Shown one piece after another: positions 38,167 to 51,708 of a stretch of 64,000 nt of DNA. The position numbers were made by a program, and so were the translations under genes. The notes under the pieces are model-generated. The model was not told the origin of the DNA. It saw only the letters and a list, made by a program, of their open reading frames with translations, and ran no database searches. The stretch is from NCBI RefSeq assembly GCF_006345805.1, contig NC_043001.1:81778001-81842000 (forward strand), given 5' to 3'. Each line of letters begins with the position of its first letter. Within the stretch, counting starts at the first letter, position 1. Origin of the DNA: Octopus sinensis. Taxonomy: Eukaryota.

Positions 38167-39682
38167 ATATATAGTTTTAAATGTCAGATTTTAGAAAGAA
38201 ATAACAAAAAGGTTACCAACATACCAAAAATCTTTACTAATTCATCAACAACATTTGAGGAATTTGCAAAAATTTTGTAGATGTGGGGTAAACAAAATGG
38301 AAGATTTTTGAAGTCAAATTTAGATCTGGTTCTACCCAGCTGCCATCTTTATTTCATTATTTATCTTCTTTTTTTTTTATTCATTTATTTATTTACAGAG
38401 GGAACGGAGGGGTGGGGTAACTTGACTGCTATATCAAGGGAACAAATAGAGCCAAACTTCAGTAAGATGCATCCCTGATATGTTATCTGTAAGTAGACAC
38501 AACAGATAATGGAAGGAAAACCTCGAAGAAGAGGGAAAATAGGCGAATACCTTCATAAATAGGAGGTAAAATAGTTTTGTTTGTGGTGAAAAACTGAAAT
38601 ATCTGTTAGCATTGATGGAGATATCCACCAACTGGTAAATAATATCTCTTAGTATAAACTGGGGAAAAACCCAAATTATCTATCTTTCTTTCAATCTCTC
38701 TCTCTTTCTCTTTGTGTGTGTGTAACAAACAAATTAGCAAGTTAGAAAATTTCTATGAGATGAAAGTAGTAACTATACAGAGATGTAATGCCTATTGCCA
38801 CTTCAACATGGCTGTTCTGTAGGAACCGATATTACTACCATTTGAACCCCAGGAGGATGCCTCCTCCAGATGGTTATTCAATGCAGTTTGTACCCGATAT
38901 ATATTGCAAGCAGGGGAGCGAAACACTACCATCTTCCAGCCAGAAGACCACCAGACCATAGAGTTTCAAGATATTTGTGCTCATGCTCAGTGGATGAGTG
39001 CAAATAGCTGGATGAACACAAAGATATATTTAAAAATAAAATGTAGGCGCAGGTATCCATTGATCAGATCAACTGGAACATACATCACCTTAACTGATGG
39101 AAAGCCAGCTTTTGCTGTTGCTTTCTTTTTTCATTACAAAAAATAAATGCGCCCTTTTAAAGCCTAGCCAGGCTCATGGGCCCGGTTTCCAGGTTTCTAT
39201 GGCATATGCGTTCCCCAGCTGGACGGGACACCAGTCCATCGCAGCGTTGCTCATTTTTGCCAGCTGAGTGGACTGGAGCAACGTGAAATGAAGTGTTTTG
39301 CTCAAGAACACAACGCGTCGCCTGGTCCAGGAATCAAAACTACAATCTTATGATCATGGTGCTAATACCCTAACCACTAAGCCACGTGCCTCCAAAAGCA
39401 TCTCAACGTCTTTTTTCATTAGCTAACCTTAATCTATACGGTGCCACATAAAAAGCAACAATGTTGGTGCCACATAAAAGGCATCAAGTAAACTCTGTAA
39501 AGTGGTTAGTTAGCATCAGGAAGTGCATCCAACCATAGAAACTATACCAAAGCAGACCACTGGAGCCTAGTGAAGCTCTCTGGCTTGCTAGTTCTTGTCG
39601 AACCTTCCAATCTATGCCAGCAAGGAAGATGGACAAATGATGATGATGATATATATATATATATACACACATTCAAAATGTG

Positions 39683-40085
39683 ACCGCGTGTGTACTGTTG
39701 GCGATTTTTTTTCCTCCGTCTTCCCTTCTCTGGATCTTTCCTTTTCCTATGTTTCTGACGAAGGGCTCCGCTCGAAACGTTAAACCCTCCTTCTTCCCTT
39801 CCTTCCTGAGCATCCAATAATACTATGTTCCACGTCCTCGCATTGTTATGTTTTCTCTTTGTGCTTTCATGTTTGGATTAACTTTATATATATATACATA
39901 TATTGGGGGAGAATTCACAAAAACCCCCAAAGACAAAGACAGGTGGTGTAGACAGCAAACAGATGTATTAGTATAACACTTGGGAAGTGAAAAAGTCTTT
40001 AATGTTTCGAGCCTATGCTCTTCCACAGAAAGGAACACAGAAAGAAACAAGGAGAGAAAATAAAGAATGTGTAGTGGCTAGCGAT
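39683..40085. mobile_element. Two opposed Penelope-like terminal-repeat fragments separated by (TA)n
   Basis: Each half carries a hammerhead-type motif (+ strand intact, - strand decayed). The 3' part of the + half recurs at about 47453-47525. Confidence 0.5.
39751..39785 (+). ncRNA. Minimal type I hammerhead ribozyme motif (Penelope-like element type)
   Basis: GTTT-CTGACGA-A-GGGC(TCC)GCTC-GAAA-CGTT-AAAC: intact core, stem I GUUU/AAAC, stem II, palindromic ACGU stem III, predicted GUU cleavage after 39781. Confidence 0.6.
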
Positions 40086-40111
40086 CTATCATGGCAAATG
40101 CCAGGTATATA

Positions 40112-40150
<39 letters not shown>

Positions 40151-41466
40151 TGGTCACTTGTAAGTGACAAGCTATCATCATGGTCATTGTTAAATGTCTT
40201 CTTTTCCATGTTGGCAAGAGTCAAATAGTTCAACAGGAACCGACACGCCATAGGATTGCAACAAGTGCCAATCTCTGCTTTGACAAGGTTTCTACAGTTG
40301 GATGCTTTTCATTGACATATTTCTGTTGAAATACAGCCATTTTTTGCCAAATAATTTTGAAGATGACAAAGAATTTTATAAAATAACTGTCATAATTAAC
40401 CCGTTAACATTCAAATTATCCATCAACGGTAATGCTTATTTGGTCATATTATTTTGAATTAATCATGCATTATCTTGTAGCCTTGAGATTTTGATAATGT
40501 GATTGTTTTTTAAAATGACATTGTAAGGTAGGTGTGAGAGGCCAGATCTGACCAGTTTAATAATAAAACAGGTAGAATATTAAAGCTGTAAATGGCCAGT
40601 TTAAATGCTAAAGGGTCAAGCCAGTGTTTGGAACATAAAGTAAAATTTTGAAGGAACGATTTTATTTAGTTTGCTTTAAGACATAGAGTTTCTGGTGGAA
40701 GCGTTAGCTTAGCACGCCAGGCGAAATGCTTATCAACATTTCATCTGCCGTTACATTCTGAATTCAAATTCCGCCGAAGTCGACTTTGCCTTTCATCCTT
40801 TTGGGGTTGATAAATTAAGTGCCAGTTACACACTGGGGTCGATGTAATCGACTTAATCCCGTTGTCTGTCCTTGTTTGTCCCCTTTATGTTTAGCGCCTT
40901 GTGGGCAATACAAAAATAAGAAAATCTGCCTTAATGAATTCTGTCTGACCCATACAAGCACAGGAAAAAGTAGTTGATATGAAAACAATGGTAGTGATGG
41001 TAATGATGATGATGACATGTGTAAAAAAAAAAAAAACTGGTGATGTTGCCATGGTGATATGAAACCATGTCACCAAATGACACCAAGATTTCATCATACC
41101 ACTAATGCAACAAATACAAAAAATACAAAATGTTTTGGAAAGTTTTAACACAAGCAATCAATAATATCTTTGATCGACTTAGCACCACCCTCCACCAAGA
41201 CCCACAGCATTACCATCAGGATCACGCCACAGTCAACCACCCCACTAACACCACCACCCACACAGAGCAATAAATCACCACTGTAGCACATACCATAATT
41301 ACAATGAATATTCTATACAACCATCACGTACTCAACACCACCACCACTGGTGTGCAGTGCCATCTTAAGGCATGGGCACACTGAACAATTGACCAGCAGG
41401 GCTCATGAGTTTAGGGGCCCATTCTGATCTATTTCTGCTGTGGTTTGCTGTTCAATAAACAGTATA

Positions 41467-41538
41467 TCCTCAGTAGTATAGTGGTAAGTATCCCCGCCTG
41501 TCACGTGGGAGACCGGGGTACGATTCCCCACCAGGGAG
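41467..41538 (+). pseudogene. tRNA-Asp(GTC)-derived pseudogene or SINE head
   Basis: 72 nt colinear with eukaryotic tRNA-Asp(GUC), anticodon loop CTGTCAC. CpG-type substitutions break the acceptor and T stems, and the B box is altered (GGTACGA). Confidence 0.8.
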
Positions 41539-41669
41539 GCTTGTTACTTAAGTGGCGGTGCCCCAGCATGGCCACAGCTCATGAGCTGAAACTAGATGAA
41601 AAAAAATATTACAGGGCCTAGTGCAATAATTTGCCCAGGGGCCGATAATGATACTAACATAGCTCTACC

Positions 41670-41680
41670 GCTGCTGCTGC

Positions 41681-41713
<33 letters not shown>

Positions 41714-42290
41714 TACCACCATTACCAGCACCACAACCACTTCTACTATGGCCACCACATCAATACTATTACATCATACACAGATGTCAGGAAGCATTTT
41801 GTTTGTTTTACTTTTTCCATTGTTTTCTTTTGTTTGTGTGCGTGGTTTTTTTTGTAACAGCTGGATGTCACTTCGTAGTTAATGATCCAAATTATAGCTT
41901 ACAGGTCAAATATACCACTACTACAACTACTACTACTACCACCCCCACAACTCACTACTACTATCACTACCGCCACCATCACCACCACTCCTACTACCAC
42001 CATCTCCACTACAAACATCACCACCTTCTCCACTATCACTACTGCCATTCCACCATTTTCACCACCAACACTACTACTACCATCACTGCCATTACCATCA
42101 TCACTACTACCACCACCACCACCACCTCACTACTACTATCACTACCGCCACCATCACCACTACTACTACCACCATCACCACCTTCTCCACTATCACTACT
42201 GCCATTCCATCATCTTCACCGCCACCACCACCATTACCATCATCACTACTACCACCGCCGCCATCACTACCACTACTACTGCTGCTAGAA
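41670..42290. repeat. (CAC/CTA/CAT)n trinucleotide field
   Basis: Directly visible; analogous fields at 26320-26470 and 57480-58050. Confidence 0.9.
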
Positions 42291-43058
42291 AATCGATACG
42301 AGATCAATACGTTGTGACAATAAAATTCATTTAAAATATTTTTCACGATAGGTTTATATCAAACAGTCTCTCTAACTTTCCCAAACTTCAACGCTATTAA
42401 GCAAATGTAGTTCACATAATATATCATTATAATTAACTAGGAGCAGGGGTGGCAGGGTAGGTGAGCGGAGTGGGGCAGAAGGAAACAAATGGATAAGTAA
42501 ATGAATAAAAATAAAATATACAAAAAAATGACAAAGCAACAACAAACAGTATTAATGACCCAATAGCAATTCTATATTCACTCCCAAACAATGTGTATTT
42601 ATACATACATACAAATATATATACACAATATATATATATATACACAATCTATATATATATATATATATATATACACCTATTTGTACATACATACAAAAAT
42701 GAACATATATATATATACACATATACATACACACATATGCATACACACAAAAATGTGTGCATGTGTAGCTATGTACATCTGTATGCGTTTTTAAGTATGT
42801 ATATATATATATATATATATATATAAGAATTGATGAGAATTTTTAAGCCAACAAAAATTAATGGTTTACAAAAACAATCCCATTAAAGAATCGTTTAAAA
42901 GACACAATAAAACCATTTTTGATTGAGCAACAAACAATACAACAACAAACAACACAGCACCAAAAAAAACCCCCAGAACAAATAACAACAAAAACACAAA
43001 CTATTTGTTTATTTTAAGAGAGTTTTTCCTTGTTGTCGATGTATGTATATTATTTAAT

Positions 43059-43093
<35 letters not shown>

Positions 43094-44670
43094 ATAGTAA
43101 CTTAACAGTAGGTGTTTGAAAGGCAAAAAAAAAAATTTATTTTTTTTCTGTATCTTTTTACTTTCTCTTTGCTTGTAAAACAGCTCGATAACCAATAATG
43201 GATGATGTTGCAACAATAAGATAAATAATTAAATAATAAATAAAAAAAGCTATATAAACAACAACAAAGCTTTTTGTTAGCAGAATCAGAAATAAAAATC
43301 AAAAATGAAAAACTAAGATATAAAATTGGTAAAGATAAAAAGACAAAAAATAAAATTAAAATAAAAAAGGTGGCGCCAGTAATTAAGTGAAGATTATCAT
43401 GCGTCTACAATTAGCAAAAACTGTATGTTTACTACTAATCTTGTGCTATTTGCTAACCACATACTTGCTAACCTCTTGGCATTTTACGCTCTAAGGGCAT
43501 TTAGAAAGAAGTTCAGCTTTTGTTAAATCAAAAAAGATTTGTAGGTCTTCAATTTTTTTGGTGGGGCAGGCAGGAGAGCTAGTTGCGGGGGGTTTGCAAT
43601 TTAGGGTGGTACAAGTGCAAATGCATGCTAATGCACATGTATGCAAAGTAAATGTATATGTGCATGTTTGTAAAAAGAAACCAACAAAATATTCAATTTT
43701 GTAGTAGTGTTGAAAAGATGTAGTGTAACAGAGAACAGGATAACAAAAAAGAGATAATTCCTTTGAGCATTATGTAATGGAAATGGAATAAATATTATTA
43801 TTAAAGAGCATATATTGGTGTAGGTTAAGTTTGGTTCCCAGTCACAGGGGTTCAGGATCAGTCCCTCTGTGTGATACCTTTGGCAAGTGTCTTTTACTTT
43901 AGGTTGGGCCAACTAAAGTTTTACAAGTGAATTTGGTAGAAGGAAACTGAAAGAAGCCCACCGTATGTATGTGTGTATAGGTGCAGATTTGTGGTAAGAT
44001 GTTTGCTTTTGAACCACATGATTCTAGCTTCAGTCACACTGCATGACACTTTGGACAAGTGTCTTCGACTATAGCCTTGAACCAAAGTCTTGTGAGTGGA
44101 TTTAGTTGTGTGGTAAGTAGCTTGCTTACCAACCATATGGTTCTGGGTTCAGTCCCACTGTGTGGTGGCTTGGGCAAGTGTCTTCTATTAAAGCCTCGGG
44201 CTGACCAAAGCCTTGTAAGTGGATTTGGTAGACGGAAACTGAAAGAAGCCTGTCATATATATATGTATATGTTTGTTGGTCTGTGTTTGTCCCCCCAACA
44301 TCACTTGACAACTGATGCTGGTGTGTTTACGTCCCGTCACTTAGTGGCTCAGCAAGAGAGCCCGATAGAATAAGTATCAATTTGCTTGACTAAAGGCGGT
44401 GTTCCAGCATGGCCGCAGTCAAAGGACAAACGAATAAAAGACAGAAACTAAAAGAAGTCATAGGAAAAAAAAAAAACTGCTGGAATGCTTTTAATCATAG
44501 CTCTGCTTGATTAAGGCTAAACAACATCACATCTAGGATTATATTGACTAAGGTAAGGGAAAATTTGAGTTAACTTGGTAGCTATTTCTTGCAAGCCGGG
44601 TGACTATGTAGAAACTCTGCAATTGAAGCATGTGCACAGATAGTGGAGTAGAGTAATGATTGGCCTTTAA

Positions 44671-44891
44671 CCCTTTAGTGTTCGCATTATTCTGCCAAAA
44701 TTAATCCTTTTTTATCCACATTACCTTGAACTAATCAGGCATTATCTTGTAGCTATGAGATTTTGATGAGGTAGCTGTTAATTTTAAAAACGATATTGTA
44801 GGGTTGGTGCGAGAGACCAGATCTAGCCAGTTTGAGCATAAAACAGGCAGAATACTTTTGGCCGGATACGGCCGGTTTAAATGCTAAAGGG
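44671..44891 (+). mobile_element. piggyBac-type MITE family F (221 bp)
   Basis: TTAA|CCCTTTAG...CTAAAGGG|TTAA. Related copies at about 1033-1470 (interrupted), 28760-28977 and 40410-40618. Confidence 0.7.
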
Positions 44892-45909
44892 TTAATCATG
44901 AAATGTTTTTAAATGTCATTTATATATATATGTGTGAGTGTGTGTGTCTTTGTGCCCAATCCACCACCATTTGACAAAGTGTTAGTGTGTTTACGTCCCT
45001 GTAACCTAGTGGTTCAGCAACAGAGACTGATAGAATAAGTATCAGACTTTTTTTTAAAAAAAAAGAAAATTTTAAGTACTGGGAGTGCAAGGTGGAGGAA
45101 TAGTGGTGCATGATGGGACTGATAACCAGCACCAATTAAATTCAGAAATCTGCTCAACACACCTTTATTTACTTAGTATGAGAACTGATGACGATGACGA
45201 CAGCAATGATGATGATGATTGCAGTGGTAATGATGATGATGTTGTTTGCATTGATGATGAAGATGATATCGAAATTGTTGGTTGAGAGGGGGCTATTTTG
45301 ATAACGGCTTGTCATAGATTGTGTTCTTCAGGTATGTATGTGTGAGTGTGTGTGTCTTTGTGCTCACTCCACTCCCATTTGACAGTGTTAGAGTGTTTAC
45401 GTCCCAATAACCTAGTGGTTCAGCGAAAGAGACTGATAGAATAAGAATCAGACTTTTTTTAAAAAAAAAAAAAGAAAATTTTAAGTAGTGGGATTGATTC
45501 ATTTAAATAACATTCTTCAAAGCAATACCCCAGCATGGCCATAATCTACTGAATGAAACCAGAAGATAAAAATATGATAAAACTCATAAAAAGGCTACAG
45601 TGAACTTCCCACAGGGAGTGGGAAATCCAACATTTAGGCCAGGGAAAAGTGGAAAGGAGAGAAAATAAAATGAGAGAGAACAGAGTTTTACATCCTCTAT
45701 GTTAGAAAGAAATCTGGCTCCCTATGGTAAATTCCCTATAATCTTATTGATTAAATCTTAACGCAGACAAACAACCTCTTTGAAATCTGATCATACATAT
45801 GTATATCATCATCATTTAACGTCTGCTTTCCATGCTGGCATGGGTTGGACGGTTTGACAGGAGCTGGCTGGGCAGAAGACCAGCCAGAATTTACTGCGTG
45901 TTTTGGCAT

Positions 45910-46378
45910 TTGAAGATTTTAAGTTTGAAATCTCTACTTAGATTTGATGACCAGATCTTATGCATATCATTACAGGCCAACCAGGCCATACTCTTTCTAG
46001 TTAGAAAATCTTTTTCAGGTGATGATATGTATGACCCAAGATATTTGTAATCAGAAACCATATTTATGAGCGTATTGTTGAGAGTATGGATGACGAAATC
46101 ACCGTTGGACAGGCACTTGTTTACATATTCAGTCTTGGACTCATTGAGGTAAAGACCTACACAATTTGAGGCTTGTTCAAGAGATTGTAAAAGAGACTCT
46201 TCTCCTCTGGAAGTCATCTGCTTGCAATACCAAAGGGCGCACATTCTCCTACCCTGATGCAATCTCCAGGGATACAGGCATCCAGCAACAGGACCTCTGT
46301 AATGCTATGATGGACCGTGAAGTCTGGCGTAACATAGTAAATTCCATTGTCTCGACCACGGTCGAACAATGATGAAAA
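45910..46378. mobile_element. RTE-clade LINE insertion with inverted 5' part and 11-bp TSD
   Basis: 45910-46200 minus encodes RT-region ESLLQSLEQASNCVGLYLNESKTEY...YKYLGSYI...KLKIFK. 46200-46372 plus encodes the ORF end LLWK...MMDREVWRNIVNSIVSTTVEQ. TSD TGTTTTGGCAT at 45899-45909 and 46379-46389. Confidence 0.85.
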
Positions 46379-46640
46379 TGTTTTGGCATGGTTTTTTACC
46401 ACTGGATGCCCTTCCTAACACATATATGTACATACATGTAAGTGTGTGCATGTGTGTATGTGTTACACATATGGTAGAGCATTAGGCAAAGTATTTTGTG
46501 GTATTTGCTTATGTCCCTTTACGTTTTTGAGTTCAAATCCTACACATCAACCTTTTGATTCATTCTCAAACTGATAAAAACATGTACCACCCATCAATAC
46601 CTACATATTTATAGCTGAAACCTATAAAAGAATATTTATA

Positions 46641-46945
46641 TGTGGAGGCGCAATGGCCTAGTCGTTAGGGCAGCGGACTCGTGGTCGTAGGATCGCAGTT
46701 TTGATTCCCAGACCGGGCGTTGTGAGCGTTTATTGAGCGAAAACACCTAAAACTTCACGAGTCTCTGGCAGGGGGTGGTGGCGATCCCTGCTGTACTCTT
46801 TTGCCACAACTTTCTCTCACTCTTTCTTCTGTAGGCCTGCTAGCTTAGCCAGCGGGATGGCGTCATTTGAAGGTTAAAGCAATGCGAAGCGCATTGTGAC
46901 CAGCGATGTGTAGCAACATCTGATAGCCTGGTCGATCACGTGATA
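46641..46945 (+). mobile_element. tRNA-headed SINE family G
   Basis: TGGCCTAGTCGTTAGG A box and a B-box-like segment; inverted copy at 56770-57056. Confidence 0.7.
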
Positions 46946-46955
46946 TACATATATA

Positions 46956-46989
<34 letters not shown>

Positions 46990-47534
46990 TAAATAATAAG
47001 GGTAGAAATTGATATTAATCAATTAAAACCAGTGACTTAGCATATTTAAAAAATCCAAAAATTAAAAATTGTGTTACATACAAAATTAAGAGGAATGACC
47101 ACTAAAGTGGACACCTAATATGCTAAATATAGATGTCAAATCGCCATTACCACAAAGAATCTCTCTCTCTCTCTATATATATATATATAAACACACACAC
47201 ATATATATGTACACACACACACAGTGGTTGAGTGTTGACTGCCATGAGAAAGAGTACTTAATATTGTAATAGAGAGTAATGATACTATTTAAGTCTCTTG
47301 CAAGTTCTTAACTGCATACCCAGTGCACCCACCCACAGTCAGAACTGGGGGGGGGGCAAGAAACTGACTCAAACTAACACATACACAAATATCATTATCT
47401 ATATGCATAAATATACGTGCATGTGTGTGTATGTGTGTGTGTATATATATATGAGCGTCCAATAATACTATATTTGTTCCACGTCCTCGCGTTGTGTTTT
47501 TTTGTGCTTTCTTGTTTGGATTAACTTATATATA

Positions 47535-47585
<51 letters not shown>

Positions 47586-48459
47586 AACATAGATATATAG
47601 ACAGATATACATACATACCTACATACATGTAAAAATATATTTAGGACAGTTACACTAAGAAACCTTTTATTCGTACCCTACCTGTGGAGCATGAAAGGTG
47701 GAGTGCAAGGTGGAGGAATGGTGGTGCATTATGGGATTGATAACCAGCAATGATTAAATTCAGAAATCTGCTCAACACACCTTTATTTACTTAGTATGAG
47801 AACTGATGACTATGACAACAGCAATGATGATGATGATGATTGCGGTGGTAATGATGATGATGATGTTAATGTTTGCATTGATGATGATGAAGATGATATT
47901 GAAATGGAAAGATAAACATTTGCAGGGCGTGAGGACGGGAGGGAGGGTGTTGGTGGGGAGTGTGTTGGTGGGGAGTGTTGGCAGGAGAGCTGCTGGGATA
48001 GGGCGGGGGGTTGGTCGTTATGTAGGTGCAACATCAGAGGACCCAAAGGTTTATTCCTATTCCTCAGTGGTGTGAGTGTGTGCATGGGGAGCAGGGAGTG
48101 TGTGTGTGTGTGTGTGTATTGGTGGGATTCCAACAGACACTCCACCCGCACTTTACCCCTCCCCCTCCACTCTCACTCACCTCAGAAAAAAACTTGGCGT
48201 AGGTGGGGGGAAATCCTGGAGTGAGAAAGGAAAGCTTGGTGCATTCTGTGAAGTGTGTGTGTGTATGTGTGTGGCGGGGGTGGCATTATAGGAAGAGCTT
48301 GGATTAAAAACATTTGTCTAAAAAGAACCCAGATAATGATAATATTAATAATAATAATAATAATAATAATGATAATAGCAACAATAATAATTTTTTATCT
48401 TTTACTTCTTTATTAGAACGCAATCATGCAGAGGCACCACCTTGAGTAATATTGATAAT

Positions 48460-48682
48460 AATGAATGGTTTCAAATTTTGGCATAAGGCCAGCAGGTTTG
48501 GGGGAGGGGGTTAAGTCAATTACATCAACCCTAGTGCTCAGCTGGTACTTATTTTATCGACCGACCCTAAGTGGAGGAAAGGTAAAGTCAAATTTGGCAT
48601 AATTTGAACTCAAAACCAAGATGGGAGGGAATTCCACAAAGCATTTTGCCTAGCATGCTAACAATTCTCCCAGGTCACCGTC

Positions 48683-48725
<43 letters not shown>

Positions 48726-49220
48726 TAATAATAACCCTAGGTGTACGGAAAACACTTGGCGAGAAATGGAAGAACAAGTCCTCACATTTAGGGGAAGGGG
48801 TTAAGTCGATTACATCGACTCCAGTGTGTAACGTACTTATTTAATCAACCCCGAAAGGATGAAAAGCAAAGTCTGCCACAGTGGAATTTGAACGTGAAGA
48901 CAGACGCAATACTGCTAAGCATTTCATCCAGTGAGCTAACAATTCTGCCAGTAATAACAATAATAATAATAATAAAATAATAATAATAATAATAATAATA
49001 ATAATCCTTTCTGCTGTAGGCACATGGCCTAAAATTTTGTGGGAGGGGCCAGTCAATTAGAACAACTTCAGTACACAACTGGCACTTGATTTATCAACCT
49101 TGAAAGGATGAAAGGCAAAGTCAACCTCAGCAGAATTTGAATTCAGAATATAGCAACAGACGAAATGTTACTTAGCATTTTGCCTGGCACAGTAATGGTT
49201 TTGCAAGCTCACCACCTTCA

Positions 49221-49262
<42 letters not shown>

Positions 49263-49480
49263 TCCTTTCTACTTTAGGCACAAGTCCTGGAACTTGAGGG
49301 GAGGAGGATAGCTGATCACATCTAGCCCCCCGCCCCCCAGTACTTGACTGGTACTTATTTTATCGACCCAAAAGGATAAAAGGCTAAGTCGACCTTGGCA
49401 GAATTTGAACACAGAACATGAAGACAGACAAAACACTAAGCATTTCTTCTGCCATGTTAACAATTCTGCCAGCTCGCCAC
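48460..49480 (-). mobile_element. SINE family C cluster interleaved with (TAA)n
   Basis: Four to five reverse copies separated by TAA arrays. Confidence 0.7.
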
Positions 49481-49484
49481 CTTC

Positions 49485-49522
<38 letters not shown>

Positions 49523-50943
49523 CAATAAATGAAGGGAACATATTTGCCTTTTAATATTCTTTTATTAATAATAATAATAATAATGATATTATTATTATTC
49601 ATTTGTCACCCCCACCCATCACCTCTTTTGCTAAGTTAACTTTTATCACCTTGGTGATAGAGCGTGGAGGCACAGTGCCAGGTTGATAAATAAGCTTTTA
49701 GGTTCCTTTCTGAAGACAGCGCAGGATTAAGGGTGGGAAGTAATGAGGCTGGGAGAGGCGGGGCACAGGATTTGAATTAAAGGGTGACGCAGTAGACAAG
49801 GAACCATATTTGTTATTTTTTCTTTTTTACTTTTTTTGTTGTTGTTATGTTTATAAAGGCTGACTGACATCAGATTGTGTGTTTGGCAAGCAGGGGTAGA
49901 TATAAGACAAGTTTATACTTTCACCCACCCATCCCATTCCCATCCTGTCTTCCATTTTAAGAAGAAAAAGTGATTTGTTTGAAAAGGGGGTGGTGTCCCC
50001 TTCAGGACCTTTTTTAACAAAAAGATGAGAATGTGAGAGTGGTGGTGGTGGTGGTAACAATGGTAATGGTGATGATGGTGTTGGTGGAAGCAGTGGTGGT
50101 AGCAGTGCCAATATTGGTGATGATGATGATGGCGCTTATGGTGGTAGTGGTGATGATGGTGGTGGTGATGAAGAGAAGGGTGCAGTGAAATATTTGTATG
50201 AAAGCAGACAAGTATGAAAGGGGTGGAATTAACAACAACAACAACAAAAAAGAAAATAGAAAATAAACCAAGGGGCCTAAACCCCCAACTCTACTGTTTG
50301 CAGACACACTATACACTGCAATGTTTCCCAGCCCCTTCAAAAAGCATCCTCTAAAAATTTCGACTCCTACAATAGCCAGAATACATAAAGAACCTTTTAA
50401 GGTGTTATTGCTGCTACTGTTGTTGTTGCTGTTTTAAACACTTTTACTTAAACAACACCGGGTTGGTAGGATGAGAGGGGCGAAAGAAGTGGACCCACAA
50501 TTACCCACCACTTTTTATATAAATATTCTGCTGTTTTTCTTTTTTATCTTAGCCACCACCTTTACACATCATCATCATTAGAGTGACTGCGAGGGGATAG
50601 GAAGAAAAGAAAGACCTGGTTATCGCTTCCCCCACATACACACACACACACCTTAAAACTTGGCCCTCCCTCCCATGCGCTAAACTTTTATAGCCGGTGA
50701 TATTTTCACACTTATCTGTCTATCCAACGCCTTGATTATAACACCCTGACTGTAACACAGCACTTTATCTTGACACCCCCGTCTTATGTACATGCGCGCG
50801 TGCGCGCACACACGCACCATGGATTCCACTCCTACAACCTCGGATGTGCGTGTATATGTGTATGCATACATGCACACATATATTTGTATACATATATATT
50901 ATGCATATAATAATACCACACAATGCTTCACCAAAATTACTTC

Positions 50944-50992
<49 letters not shown>

Positions 50993-51009
50993 TCGAAATC
51001 AAATTCAAT

Positions 51010-51468
51010 AACTGGCGTCTGTGCTAGTGGAGCGCTAAGAGCACCATCCGAGCATCATTGTTGCCAGAGCAGCAAACTGGCTTCCATGCCGGAGGCATGT
51101 AAAAAGCACCATTCGAACGTGATTGTTACCAGCGTCACCTTACTGGCACTTGTGCTGGTGGCACAAGAAAAAACATTCGAGCGAAGTCGCTGCCAGTGTC
51201 ACTGGACTGGCTCCTGTGCAGGTGGCATGTAAAAAACACCATTTGAGTGTGGCTGTTCTAGTACCGCCTGACTGGCCCTCGTGCCAGTGGCACGTAAAAG
51301 CACCCACTACACTCTCAGAGTGGTTGGTGTTAGGAAGGGCATCCAGCTGTAGAAACTCTGCCAGATCAAGATTGGAGTCTGGTGCAGCCATCTGGTTTGC
51401 CAGTCCTCAGTCAAATCGTCCAACCCATGCTAGCATGGAAAGCGGACGTTAAACGATGATGATGATGC
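51010..51468 (+). mobile_element. SINE-like family B, longest copy
   Basis: About four internal ~65-bp units plus the conserved 3' region and (GAT)n tail. Confidence 0.75.
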
Positions 51469-51708
51469 ATAGATACATAGGTGTGTGCATGTGCATGCAC
51501 ACATATATGCATATATAAATATATAGATCAAACCCATGATGCTACCATGGAAAAATAGATGTAAATTATATTTATACACACCCACGCAGACATGTGTGTG
51601 CCTTTAAACACCAAAACATATGCATGAGTGATTTGTACATTCATATAAGAGATGTGATTCCAGCCATAATTATCCATCCTGTCTTTTACACAGACACAAT
51701 ATATTTAA

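Noticed and set aside
41467-41538. Functional tRNA-Asp gene
   Set aside because: Two acceptor-stem mismatches, a T-stem mismatch, a mutated B box and an attached SINE tail.
41596-42346. His/Thr/Pro-rich ORFs of 150-230 aa (also 26188-26661 and 57411-58231)
   Set aside because: Trinucleotide microsatellite fields, not supported as exons.
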